From: Girardia tigrina
Lineage: Eukaryota
Direction: 5' to 3'
NCBI GenBank assembly: GCA_001938485.1
Contig: MQRK01224031.1
Location: 26,977 to 90,976, forward strand
Length of the DNA stretch: 64,000 nucleotides
The position numbers were made by a program, and so were the translations under genes. Below, one piece after another: positions 1 to 12,786 of this stretch (the stretch's first letter is position 1; the number at the start of each line of letters is the position of its first letter). The notes below the pieces were generated by a model. That model was not told the DNA's origin and ran no database searches. It saw only the letters and a program-made list of their open reading frames with translations.

Positions 1-78
1 TCATGATTTTAGGTAAAAGTTCATCGATTTATGATACAGGAAACATTTTATTTGAAAAAAAATTAAAAAGTCATATCC

Positions 79-81
<3 letters not shown>

Positions 82-119
<38 letters not shown>
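82..119. repeat. (TA)n microsatellite; others at about 27093-27128, 29218-29284, 37279-37361, 38960-39006 and 52933-52967
   Basis: Directly visible dinucleotide runs. Confidence 0.95.
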
Positions 120-122
<3 letters not shown>

Positions 123-885
123 CTAAGCAATGTTAGTCGATTCTAACTGAAGATACTTTTACTCGTTTGACCCATACCTTAAAAAAATCTTTACCAATAT
201 GAAATCAAAATAATAATTAGAAAATCCATTAGGACTATGAAACAATATACTCAAATCTGTAAAATGTTGTTATTTCATAGAAATAGAAAAGCGTATTTTA
301 AAAAATCGTTTACTATTAATCTTTACGTCTATTTCAAGTACCGAATATATTTGACCAATCAATCTTGTTACCAAATTGAAGCTTTTGCCAAATAAAATCT
401 ATGACTACAATATTTTCTTCAAAATATTTTCAAGGAGATTTAGTTCGTGAGTCCCGCAATAACGAAGAGAGGAAAGAATCTCACTCAACTCATCACTGAT
501 ACATTTTATGAGTCATCAGATAACAAATAAATTTTAAATCATTTTTGGGCTGTGTTCGTGATGTATCTGATATTTTCTGTGATAGTAAAATCTTACCTTC
601 GTTTTACTTTTTCCGATAATTCATTATTTTTCTATTTATAATAAAACCATTAAAAAGTTATATTTGTTTTATACTTCTCAGTTAATCGTAAGAGAGTCTA
701 TTGATTCATTCACTAAATCAGTCAACTCCATTAATAATCACTGCAGTTGGACCATTGTTGTTACTCCTCCATTCTGCTATCACTCTGTTTGATTTAACTA
801 TTAATTCAACGCGATTTCATAAATGAACAAAACTTAGTATAACTTTTGCATTGAAATACTGTTCTCTAATATTAGAAATATAATA

Positions 886-2200
886 CAGTATGATTCATAA
901 GTTAGTTCACCCCTCTTATTTTTTGAGTAAAAGATCAAATTTTGAACAAAACATTTATTACGTGGAACTTCCAATACTTAGTTGAATGTCCTTTCATGTC
1001 CTTTATCATTTTTAATCGCCTAGGCATGGATTCAACAAGACTTTTACAATAGTCTTTTGATTGTTCGTACCATATTTTTTGAACAGCCACCCACAGCTGT
1101 TCTGACAATGTGCACCTTATCATCAGTAATTTCCTTTTTAAAAGTCCCTATACATTTTCGATAGGATTTGCATCTGGTGAATTGCCTGGCCATGGTAAAA
1201 GGTCGACTTCCTTCTTTTTTAAGAAATTAAATGTCGACAGTGCACGGTGTGGTGGTGCAAGATTTTGCTGAAAAATGAATTGTTGTTTTGGAAATACCAA
1301 GCACTTTCCAATAATATCAATGTCATGTATTATAGTTTCCTGGTACATTTGAGCATTCATTGAACCTTCTACTTTTCTAATAAGACCAACCCCGTTTGCC
1401 GAAAAGCACCCCCAAACACAAACTTTGGCTCCGTGGCTCATGGTTTCACGAATGATTCTGAGTTTGTGCCTTTCATTTCTAGTTTGTTTGATCCAATGTC
1501 TACCACGATGATTATAACATTGGAAAATGCATTCATCGCTAAATATAATAGAATACCAAGTTTATTTATCCCAATTTTGATATAATGAAGCACACTACAT
1601 TCTTCTTTGTCTCTGTTTAGCGGTAAGGAAAGGTTTCTTTACAGCTTTGAATGCCCGTATTCCATATTTCTGTAAAATCCTTTCGACTGTCGACTTACTT
1701 ATGGCTATTGAGGAAGGAGAATTAAATATCCTTGTAATATTTAACGTGGAAATATCATTGTTTAAACGATTTATGCGTTTAATCACTCTTTGATTAATCA
1801 CACTTAATCTGGCGCTTAGTTTATGAGATCTGCCTCCACGTGGCTGATCTTTCACTTCTCCTGTTTTTAAATACTTCACCTTTTGCATTCCACGTTTTGA
1901 AATATTTCTATTATATCTTGTAAATAGTTCGACCTTTATTTGATTCCATGTACTTCCTGCATTTTTAAGCGCAAAATCATTCCACGCTCAAATTCACTAA
2001 ATAATCTTGACATTTAATTTATCTAAAATTTAAAAAAAATAAGTCAATAATGAAAATTTCAATATTTAACATATAAATTCAAATGTGTAGTGTAAAAAAC
2101 TATATATAAACAAATATTCAAAATTAATATGACGTCAAATTTTTAGTTAGAAAATAAGTAATCAAAATATGAGGGTTGAACAGACTTATGAATCATACTG
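886..2200 (-). mobile_element. Full-length decayed Tc1-like (DD34E) transposon
   Basis: TA|CAGTATGATTCATAAGTTAGTTCACCCCTC versus right-end reverse complement CAGTATGATTCATAAGTCTGTTCAACCCTC, with TA at 2201-2202. Encloses minus-strand transposase fragments. Confidence 0.92.
935..2013 (-). pseudogene. Tc1 transposase pseudogene (stops and frameshifts)
   Basis: Fragments KTGEVKDQPRGGR, KKPFLTAKQRQRR, IFSDEC, VWGCFSANGVG, FQQNLAPPH..WPGNSPDANPIENV (34-residue spacing, second catalytic D now N), LVESMPRRL. Confidence 0.9.
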
Positions 2201-3650
2201 TAAAATATAAATATAATAAAAAATGAAATATTAAATTAATTATTTTTGCTCTATCGATTTCTTCCTTTTTCCGTTTTATAATAATTAAAAAACGTTATCA
2301 TACTGAACTACTTTAATTAATTAATTTATTGCTTATGCAACATTTATTAAAAAATTAATTAAATTTAGTAATCTCCCTGTACATGAAATAGTTTTTTATC
2401 TAATTGCAATGATGAATAATAATGATAAGGTTTAAAGCAAGACAGTTAATGAAAAAAATGACAAATAGTTCTACAAATCGTTGTTTTTCGTGAAAAAAAA
2501 TATCTCATATGAACAAAAATGATTTAATTATGTCTGTTAATAATTATTATATTAATATACGCATGGATTCCTCAACCTATACGCAGCTTTAAAAGATTTA
2601 TAGCGAAAAACGAAGAAATACGCAGATGGTCGCAATAATCTTCCCGTAATACGGAGTCTACCCATGTTTTTTGTAAAACAAATTTAGATTATTTTATTTT
2701 AGAGTCATCTTAAATTATAAATAATCAATTTATTTCTATTTTTTCTAGAAATAAATATTTTATAAACTTAGAGAAACAATATATTATAATTACAATTTTA
2801 AACATACGAAATACTTTATATAAATGTAGGACTTAGGGCCTTAATAGTAAACCCTATAATTAATTTGATTATAATTACTTCAAAATGATTACTATTTTTA
2901 TATATTACAATTGTTATTTACATTTATATCATCTTCAATAGTAAAATTCTGTTTAGTTTTATAAAAAATATGACAATAAATCTTTCCTAAACTTTTTATT
3001 AGTTTCATTATTTTTTTAATAATTTTTCTTAAAACTTTCTTTTGTTTTAAACTGTTATGTAATTTTTACTTAATTAATACTTTAATTAAATAATTATCGG
3101 ATTATATAAAATCTAATGTTTCTGAGTGAAAATAAAAAAAATATTTTTAATAAACCAAATTGAAAGTACGATTTTAATGACTTTAATGATTGTTCATTTA
3201 ATAAGACAAAAGATTATTTAAAATGTTTGTAACATATATTTTGATCTTTATTAATCAATAAATTTATTTAATAATTGTTATGTCATTTAAGTCTTAATTC
3301 AAAATACTTTATTATGATTGGTCAAATCTCTTTGCTCGGTTAAACAAGGTATTTTATTGCGCAACAAAGTTTAAGATTACATAATTGAGATTTTAGAGAT
3401 TAAACTGGTCTAATTTGAAAAGAATTCAATGAAGAACAAAATGTGATAAAATATAATCGCTTTAGTCAGAAATTTTTTGAGTCGTTGAATAAACAAATTT
3501 TAAATCTAAATTTAAAAAAATAAAATGTTTCTTATTTGTTTATGCAACATTTAAGATGTCACTTTCGAAGTATAAAAATAAAACACTGACAGTTTTTGTT
3601 TTAAAAAATTAACATAAACTATAAGAAAAATGATAAAAAAAGATAAAGAT

Positions 3651-3913
3651 TGAGGTGCTGGTCCAAGGATCGAGCTGAGGATACTAGCACCTCTTCAATG
3701 TGTCGGAACTAGGTGTCTGAAAAGTGTCGCCAAGTACGCAGTGATCGATGTTGCTCGGAACGGGGAGAGTACGGGTGACCGTGTCTCATCGACCGTATCG
3801 ATCTAGTCGGCGTTGTCGTGTCGGTCGATGGCCCAATCGGCCAGTCCGAGGGAATCACCCGAGTGCCGATCCGCTGAATGAGGCACCAGTAGATTCGGCC
3901 AGATCGATTTCAT
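3651..3913. other. Unidentified GC/CpG-rich island, possibly a decayed gene fragment
   Basis: Abrupt compositional shift relative to the AT-rich flanks. I could not recognise a protein in any of the six frames. It ends at the TTAA of a piggyBac-type MITE. Confidence 0.4.
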
Positions 3914-3917
3914 TTAA

Positions 3918-4413
3918 CCGTTTTCATGCGGCTGTCCTTTTTAAAGGACACTCATATAAATGACAGTAGTCGTGACCTACTACTATATTTTTCCCTTAAA
4001 TACGATTTTCTGATTAAGCAAGCATTTCTCTTTCTATTGATATCAGTACATCACGTAAACAAGCCCCTATTTCTGCTCCATTTGATGACAAAAAAATTTA
4101 AATTTAAAAATTAAAATTTAAAAAATTTAAGTGCATTCAGTGTTCTGTAACTCTTCATCCTCTTTGCTTTCATGCATACCACACTCGCCCACAATAGCTT
4201 AGTGATGCGTGTTTTTTATATTATTGCTGTGTATTAAAAAGTTTAGTACTCTAATAATACGGCTGTGCTATAAAAAGGACACTTATTTTTCTCTCTCGGT
4301 ATTGATTGGGTAGCCGATTTAACCACATAATTTTCTTAGTTAGAGCATATATAGATTGTTTTAAAAGTTATAACACGAAAGGCAAAGGTTTAATGGGGTC
4401 CGCATGTAAACGG
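3918..4413. mobile_element. piggyBac-type MITE
   Basis: TTAA|CCGTTTTCATGCGG ... CCGCATGTAAACGG|TTAA: 14-bp TIR with 1 mismatch, TTAA TSD, no ORF. Confidence 0.8.
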
Positions 4414-7400
4414 TTAATGTAAAGAGAAGAAATCGATCAAGAAGAAACGTACTTTTATTTATTTGAAAAATTACAAAGTTTTTCAATTGTGTGTTACACA
4501 ACTGTTTATTTAAACACACTGAATATAATTTTAATAATGTGTTTTTTCATTTCGGTCGTTTGACCGGAGCAACGGAGATAAAATACCTTCTCTTAAAGAT
4601 AAATTATTTAATTAATGCTTTTAAATGTTTACATAATACTTTACTTACATAATCATTAACAATAAAAATATTAATTTAAGATGTCACTTTCGATTTTATT
4701 TGAAGTATAAAAATAAAACACTGACAGTTTTTGTTTTAAAAAATTGACATAAACAAGATTTTTAAGTTGCTCTTCTTCATATAAACTAACTTTTGTCGAG
4801 AATATATAAAGCCTTAAATTAGGACTTTTAGAATCTGAGTAGAAATTGCATCTTTTGCAAAAATTAACTGTCAGCAAGTCAGATAAAGGAGCATCCTTGA
4901 TGAATCTTTAAAAAACTTATAAGAAAAACATATTAGTGATTTAAATTTGGACAGTAAGGAAGTCAATCAATCTGTGAGTTTCTTCGTTTTAGGTAATGTT
5001 TCGATGCTATAAATTGTCGAAGAGTTCTTAAATTTTTTTAGTATAAATGGAATAAGAGACTACGGTGTCATGGGTCACTATGTTTTGCAACCTGAAATGT
5101 ATAATTAATATTTAATAATATTAATAATCTTTTTCATATTTTATAAATCAAAACTATAAAGATTCATTATAGGTAGTTAAATTCTTCACATCCAAGATTT
5201 TACCAGTAAAGATTTAACAGTGAATTATCAGATTAAAAAATAGTTTTAGTTTCTTTTCAAAATTTCATGACTGATTATCAGGATGGCCGAGTGTGTGTGC
5301 AGTCATTAATTGAGATTGAGTCAAATGGCTCGCTCTGATTGGTCAATTATGAATTTGAGTTTTAAGATATAATTTGCATTTCTATATGAATGAATGGAAT
5401 TTCCAATTCCAATGATGAAACTAAGTTTTATTGTTTACGAATTTTTGATTTCACTGATTATTTAGGAAACAATTTCAATTTTTAAACAGCTCTCTCAAGA
5501 AACTTTTAAAATTCTTTCGATTATAGATTACGCAAGTAATGCTTCCATAAATTTGTTAAGTCTAAAGTTTAATTTATCTTTATTTTGTCAATGAAAAATT
5601 TTTTTTTATTTTCCATAGTTTAAAATTTTTTTAAAGGTTGAAAGAATACCGGTATTTTATAAAGCATGAAAATTATCACTTTTATTAATTGAAAAAATCC
5701 TTATAAGTTGGAATTATTCCTTTGCTCGGGTTTAATCTGACACTTCTTTATTGTATTATTTCTCATATGAGCAATAAATTATTTGACTTAAAAATATAAA
5801 TATTCATTTGAATTTTTATGAAATCCTAAAAACGATAAAATAATAAATAAAACTTGTAACATTAATTTTACCTGTTGTTTTATTTTGAATTTCTTTAAAT
5901 TAACATTTCTATCATTTTTAAATAATAATAATATGAAAAATGAATATTCATAATTTTAAAATTGAACATTTTAGTAATTTATAAAATATATTCTAAACAT
6001 TAATCAAAACTTGTAAAACGAAAAGTAAAATCAACTGAAAATACAATCTTCTAAGAACATAGTTAAGAATAATCAATACCAGAAGGGTATCAATACCTTT
6101 TTATCTTTGAATGCCAAATAAAAATGAAAAATAAAAAACAAAATCAAAATTTATTTTAAAGGTGATTAATAAGAGATGTAGGACCACACTTTGTACACTG
6201 TGCTCTGACTATTTAATATATGAATCAAACAAATATTCTATGTATCGGAAGAGAAGGTTGCTAGTCAATGTATCAAATTATCTATACAGGTACAGCAACA
6301 ACATATAATTCCTGAAGTATGAGAAACATTAATTAACTCATTAAGTACCAACTTAAAAATCAAGAAAAATAATTTTTTGTGAAGCGATTTTATTTGAAGT
6401 AAAATAACTGGGTAATTTTTAAGAAATAAAAATCAAAAATGTGAGGAACGGTTTATTTGGATGTAACCTTAAGAGTAATGAAATTATTTAAAAGATAAAA
6501 ACTATATAAATACAAAAAAAATTCAGTAATTTCTTATAAATGCAAAGTTTGGGCTATAATGGGTTAACATAAAAGCCGAAATAGGTAGTACTTCTTTTGT
6601 TAAATATCCTTATTATAGTATAAGGAAAAGGTAGATAATCATATATTCTTCTTTGAAAAAGGAATAGTTGGAATTGGCCAATTTTCGAACAACTTATTTA
6701 GGGGCTTTACGTTGGACCAAGGGTTTGTTGAATAATATTAAACACCCTTTGTCTTTAACTGCATTTAGAAAACAATAAATTTTTTAACTGATATGTAAGA
6801 TGCGTCAAGACTAAGGTTACGTATAATATAATGGCATATATATAATTGGAAACTATAATTTTCTAGAAAACTGAAGCAAACAGAGGTAAGCATGAAGTTT
6901 TAATATTAAGTTAAAATTTCCCAGAAATAATTATTGCAGTAAAAGGTTTCCATTTTCGTAAATTAAGAGGAAATATAAATTTTTTATTTTTACAAAAAGT
7001 TAGATTTTTCCTTGAAATAAAAATACGAATTCTTGTAAATTCAAAAAAAAGGTGGTTTAGCTCAAGGGATAATATTATAAAACAATAATTAAATAATTCT
7101 GCTTCTAAGTAAATAGTCTTGTTTAAATTATTAACTTGTTGATATTATTTATTTTTTTATATATATGAAAAAATTAAAAATAAACGAAATAATTGAAAGA
7201 CATTTTAATCTTAATTCCTTAAACAATTTGATTTTGTATGTTCTTTTCGAATACAAGTACATTTGTCTTTACATTTGATAAATTAAATTGAAAATTTCTT
7301 TTTGAAAAATACAAAAAAACGAAACTTTTATTTGTCTCACTGTCAATAATAAAACATCAAATTTACAGACAAAATTAATTTAAATCTTTCTTTTAGTTGA

Positions 7401-7905
7401 AAACAAAAATCAATAATAACTTTATTAAAAATATTTGGTTTTCTTCAAAACTCCTCTAAAATGTCCAAAAGAAAAGATAATGGATATATAAAACCGTAAT
7501 TGTTTTTAGATTTTGATAAATTTAAATATAAAATTTTATTTCTATAATTATATTATTATAATAAAAAGTTTTATTGATTATAATTTTTTAATAAAATAAT
7601 TTTGAGAAGTTTATTTTTTTTATAAATTATAAATAATTTATATTTCGAAAGTTTAGTAAACGCAAAAAATAAACTGTAATCAGCTCAAAAGCAGAGAATT
7701 CTGCCCACCATAACTATTTTTACAGATTTGTGTAGTAAGGGAAGTAAAACCAAAAGAGCTCAATCGAATTAAAGCAACAAACGTGTAAAAAATGTCGAGA
7801 AAAATGGTATTTAATGTAATTATATAGTAAGATTCCAAAGATTTGTGAAATTAGACTAAATGGTTCAAAACCATACTTACATTTAATTATATAAATTCAT
7901 ATTTA

Positions 7906-8667
7906 CTAGGATGATTCAAAAGTTTTTTCGTTTCGTTTGCCTTACATTGTGACAGTTATGTTATATGAATATTCTATTTTGGCATTATTGATTTTTATAT
8001 TATTCATTATGCTATTGCATGACGAATCTCTTTGTATAGTGTTGGTTTATTCATTAAACGTCTGTTTATTTATTCTTATCAGATTATGTAGAGCGAAACA
8101 TACGGAATTCGAGTCCTTTCGTGAAATTACTGGAAATAAGGCTTCAACACAGCTTCTGCAGCCCGGGTAATATGTGATGTAGAAGGCGAAAGTACGGTCT
8201 ACCTCTACACTCAGCCGCTAGACAGAGTCTACGACATTCTCTGTGAGTGTTATCCGTCATTGATCAATCGCAACCGAGTTCTTTTACAACAAGACAACAT
8301 TACGGCACACACTGCACGTTTGAATCGTGGTAAAGTGCAAGAGCTGCAGGGAATCAAAGTTTTGCAGCACCACGCCTACAGCCCCGACCTTGCCACCAGC
8401 GACTACCACCTCTTTTAGGCAATGGTGCATTTTCCCAAAGAGCGCAGTTTGATTTAGTAAAAGAAGTCGAACAATGGTGCCACGGTTTCCTTGCTTTAAA
8501 AAGAGTAGAATAGTATACTCGTAGAATCGAGTAACTTACTGAAAATTCGTTGGTGACCATCAAAAATGAAGGCCTGTATTTTGCAGAATAAATGTGTTCT
8601 TTTTACATACTTTGTTATCTTGAAAATATGAGTGGAAAAATGAAAAGAAACCTTTGAATCACCCTAG
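7906..8667 (+). mobile_element. Internally deleted mariner element
   Basis: TA|CTAGGATGATTCAAAAGTTT ... AAACCTTTGAATCACCCTAG|TA. Contains LLQQDNITAHTAR..KVLQHHAYSPDLATSDYHLF (D35D spacing in this copy). Confidence 0.85.
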
Positions 8668-10021
8668 TATCAGTATTCTTTTAAGACAAATACAGCTTTG
8701 GAACAGCTAAATTTATATCATAAAAGGTGTTTATGAAGTCACGCAGGATTTTAATTGTTAACAGCTTATTAAACATTTCTGTGATTTAATCTGAAAAAAC
8801 AAAATAATTTACTTCGCGAAATATAATTAATAAATGTTTTGAGTTTAAACTTTCTGTCATTGGGTGTTAAAGTCAAAGAAAATGTAATTTATTCTCCGAT
8901 AATGTGTGATTTTATTAAATTAATAAAACTCAAAAACTCAATTTCCTTCAATTTTCAGGTTTAAATGCTTTTTCTAATTCATTCTTAGTTAAATTGGACA
9001 TGTCCTCACAAATAAACCTATTTAGTTCTTTTATATCTCCTTGGTGACAAATGGGGTGTAGAACCACCTTGTTGAAAATTGGTTCTTGAGACATACCTTT
9101 TCTTCTCAAGTTTAGGAATAACGTGGTCTTTTGATACGGTTGATTTAATATTAAAAGATCCAATTTATATTATTGATTCTTATATTTACCTTATATTGAT
9201 AATCTCAACTACATTTACCATGAAAAGGAAAAGAATGTCTTAAAAGAATATAAATAAAAAAAATTTCTATTTAAATATTCTTTAAAAATGAAAGTATTTT
9301 TTGATTTTACATTTTTCTTAAATAATACGAATAATTTATATTATAAATTTACTTAAAATAATTTATTTTCAATTACTTATTTTTCTTTTTTTGTAATTAA
9401 TTTTTGATTATTTTTATTAGTTATTTATATTTAGTTATAAATAAGATTTTATTTATTTTTACCAATTTTTTGTAAAATCCTTACAAAGATTAAATATTAT
9501 CAAAATCATAAATATTGATTAATTAAATATTTGTTTGATTTAAAATTAGTTTCTTTTATGTCTAAATGGATATAATAGATATTGTATTATCTAGAATTAA
9601 AAAAACTGAATGAAATTAAAATTAAAAGTAATTCCAATAATGAAAGGATGATTTAAACAATAAATAATTGATTAATCCCAACTTACAAATTGGTTTTTTA
9701 GGATTTATATTTACTCTTTTTTTTAATTTTCTATCAGTGCAACTAAATGAAACATATGGCAAACGAAGAGGAAAATTTTTAATAAAATTCGAAAAATTTA
9801 TTCACTTTTCAATTAAAACAAATAATATTTTGCATCTTAATTAAAAAAAATGAAATAAAAATAATATTTTATTTTAATTGCTATCTAATTATCATTCAAT
9901 TAAGAATAATTTGATTTTACTTCAAAATTGTTTTATTTTTTATTATTAAGTTAAATTTGTATGAAATGTATTAAAATAATAAATATAAAAAGTTTTATAT
10001 CATATATCTTGTTTTGATTGG

Positions 10022-10374
10022 TGCTTGAATTCGGGGTTATCACTTTTGTTCCCGATCATCAAGACCACCGTCTTTAGGCTCGTTAGGCCGTGCGCGTCCA
10101 TCAGCCAGTTGTGAAAGTGGTTGAATGTCGACTTGAGTGTCACATCGTGCATACGCGTCACGGTTGGGAAAAACTCTTGCTCCGTGGTGTCCTACATCTG
10201 TAATTTGATTTTCTCGCCGTTGATCTCGATAATCCACGTGTCCAATTCCACCCAGATCGTGTGTAGACAATCCGCCATAAATTACTTCTTGAGGACCTGG
10301 TTCAGTAAACATCTCCTGTCGATGATGATGTATCCAAACATATATGAATAATTATTATTCTGTTTCACAAGCAT
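10022..10374 (-). pseudogene. RAB14: Intronless decayed Rab14 GTPase copy (5' half only)
   Basis: Single minus frame from ATG 10374: [110 protein letters not shown]. Compare Rab14 [93 protein letters not shown]. Two stops, P-loop deleted, SYYRGAAGAL segment deleted. Confidence 0.9.
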
Positions 10375-11507
10375 AGATCAAATGGTACGCTTTATAAAAG
10401 AGATCTCTCATATTAATTTGGCCCTCTAAACTATCTTTCGTTTTAGGAGATTAAATGATCAAATTTCATTTGCTGTCTCAACAGGAATTCAAGTTGTAAA
10501 ACATCAGAAATTCTATTAGAAAATCCAGAAGAGTTCAAAGTTGGACTTTGTGAATCAATAAGATGCGACTCCTGACTGATGAGTAACGAGCCACACGGAA
10601 AATTTATTGTTGATCCACACGACCGATTGTTTTAAATTAATCATATAAAAAAATGCGATAAAAAAGAATAAATATATATTCTCGAATATTAAGAATAATA
10701 AAATATGAAACAAATAACTGAAAATTCCAGTACCATTATCCACAATTATCATTAACAACTAATCAAAACACCAAAATATAAATAATAATACACAAAAAAA
10801 TTAATGAGATGAGTTCAATAATGAAACAATTGGATCGCAGCGCCACCATGACTTTACTGGATATTGAAGAAACAAATTGTCGTCTCAAAACACGTCTCAA
10901 AGTGAACGAATTGAAAATCATCCACAAACTCGAAATCAATAAGAATGTAAAAAAAGAACATAATAAAATTTTCAAATTCTGTATTCCACAGGATTTATAA
11001 GACTTTAAAATAATATTTATAAACATGCCGAGGATGTCAGTAGCATCTAAAATTAGAGGCTTCATTCCACTGAAAAATAGACAGAACAATGAAATCTAAT
11101 TTAATCTACAAATTTTATTTTTCGGGTTCCTCAGATTTTTTTTCATAAAACAAGTATTAACATTAACAGTCAATTATAGAAATGTGCAAACTTTTTTGCT
11201 TTAAAAATCACTCAAAAAGAACATAAAAACGAAAGGTAGCAATTTATTTAATTTTATAAAGAACAAATATTCGATAGGAATTGAAGAACATCAGTGTTGT
11301 TTCTATCTCTGGCCTTAAGCAAGCAAACTAACCTTATAACTGTGTCGAAGGTTGGAAGATTGCGGATCATTAAGCATTACAAAGTAAAAACTTTGTGACA
11401 TAAAAGTAGCTCAACAGTATATTTTTTTAGTCTCAAAGGTGTAAGTTATTTTTATAAGGACAATTATTGCTTACGTCTGGTCAAGTAAGGTTTACTATCA
11501 TTGAAAA

Positions 11508-12429
11508 TATATATATTATTTGTCTAAAAATGTGTTTGTCTGTTTGTTTGTTTGTCGGTCACGCTTTTCAAAATGAAATTGCTGACTAACCGGAGTGAAT
11601 CCACTTAACTACGTGGTCAATCTAGATAGCCCGCATCAATACAATTCGGTCGGTACAGCGCCTTTGCCGAAAGACACTCGGAAGCCGATGAAATCGATCG
11701 AAAACAGTAGAGGTCATTAAATGGTTAAATTAACACCAATTTCGAATAGCGACGATTTCGATGATTCCTACAATGAATATTTTGAAAATCTTTATGAAAA
11801 TACTAATTTATTTGATAACTAACGATTTTTATCACTTATTTTTTAATTATATTTCTAAAAATCAATTTAGGTTAAATTTGCAACATTTCATTATCATCTG
11901 ATTCACGGTTTGTCGGTTAAGCTCAAATTTTACTATGATCATATATATGCTGATAAAGTTGCCGTCCATAAAAGACATCATCTAGAAGGGGGTAGGGGGA
12001 CAGAATTTTGTGACAAAGTGTTACTTGGGAGAGGGGGGTTTGGGAAATGCGGCGTCAAATTGAAATGCTGAAGTATTTAGTGAAAGAATTCTGTATCAAA
12101 ATTTGACGAAGGGTAGGGGGGTTAGAAATGTGCTAAAATCACGTTACGTCATTTATTAACAGCCCAAAAATGCGAAATAGTGGAGGAACAGTGAGTGAAT
12201 CCGCATTAAGTTCAGATAACTTTGCATAGTCCACATCGAGACGGTTCTCCTGTTGAGCGCCTTTGTCGAAAGGCTCCGGGAGCCGATTTTACTTGACTGA
12301 CTGTTAAATCAACGAAGAATTTGAAACAATAAATAATAAATTATTCTAATTACGATTTAAAAATTAAAACAGAAACTTTCAAAGTCGAAAATTCAGCTCA
12401 CCCGTCATATATGACGGGTCTTTTTCTAG
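11508..12429 (+). mobile_element. Non-autonomous Helitron-like element
   Basis: 5' tatatat..aaaaatgtgtttgtctgtttgtttgtttgtc microsatellite leader. 3' perfect palindrome ACCCGTCATATATGACGGGT (12400-12419) followed by CTAG (12426-12429). Diverged internal direct repeat at about 11592-11690 and 12192-12290. The 5' boundary is approximate. Confidence 0.7.
11959..12165. mobile_element. PIF/Harbinger-type MITE nested in the Helitron
   Basis: Left GCCGTCCATAAAAGACATCA versus right reverse complement GGGCTGTTAATAAATGACGTAACG. Internal G-runs (gggggtaggggg, gaggggggtttggg) are typical of this MITE class. Confidence 0.5.
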
Positions 12430-12786
12430 GATATAATTAAATTGTGACATTAAATTATTTCTAAAAATTCTAATTTTTAGTTTTATACTATTATTCAATT
12501 TTGATCTATAAAAAGAATACAACCACAGGCCAATGTAATGAATAAAATAAATATTCAAACGGATTTATAGAGTCCATAATTTAACACAACTTAATACAAC
12601 AGATTCTAGCCAAAAAAAGAAAGAAAAAATAATGAAACCTGTTCAAATGAAACTTTTACAATTTACAAATTGCATTTACGTTTGAACCACATAACGTTTC
12701 TAATTTCAGTTAAATTGAATTATTTTTTTTAAAAAACTAAATCTTTTAATTAAAGTCTTCTGAATGAACTTTAACATCTTTAGTTA

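Larger units (their letters stand above)
3550..4930 (+). repeat. Local direct duplication: 3550-3631 is an internally deleted copy of 4675-4928
   Basis: tttaagatgtcactttcg..aagtataaaaataaaacactgacagtttttgttttaaaaaatt(a/g)acataaac occurs at both sites. The first copy then jumps to tataagaaaaa, which lies at about 4918 in the second. Confidence 0.75.

Noticed and set aside
6337-6563. Another TTAA-flanked MITE
   Set aside because: Terminal similarity is too weak.
10040-10351. ORF-track proteins 10040-10312 (-) and 10121-10351 (+)
   Set aside because: They are alternative frames of the Rab14 pseudogene.
10572-10606. CTGATGAG..GGAAA as a hammerhead ribozyme
   Set aside because: No stem II pairing and no stem I or III.
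10809-11100. DIEETNCRLKTRLK as a Penelope GIY-YIG remnant
   Set aside because: Only one partial motif; too decayed to call.
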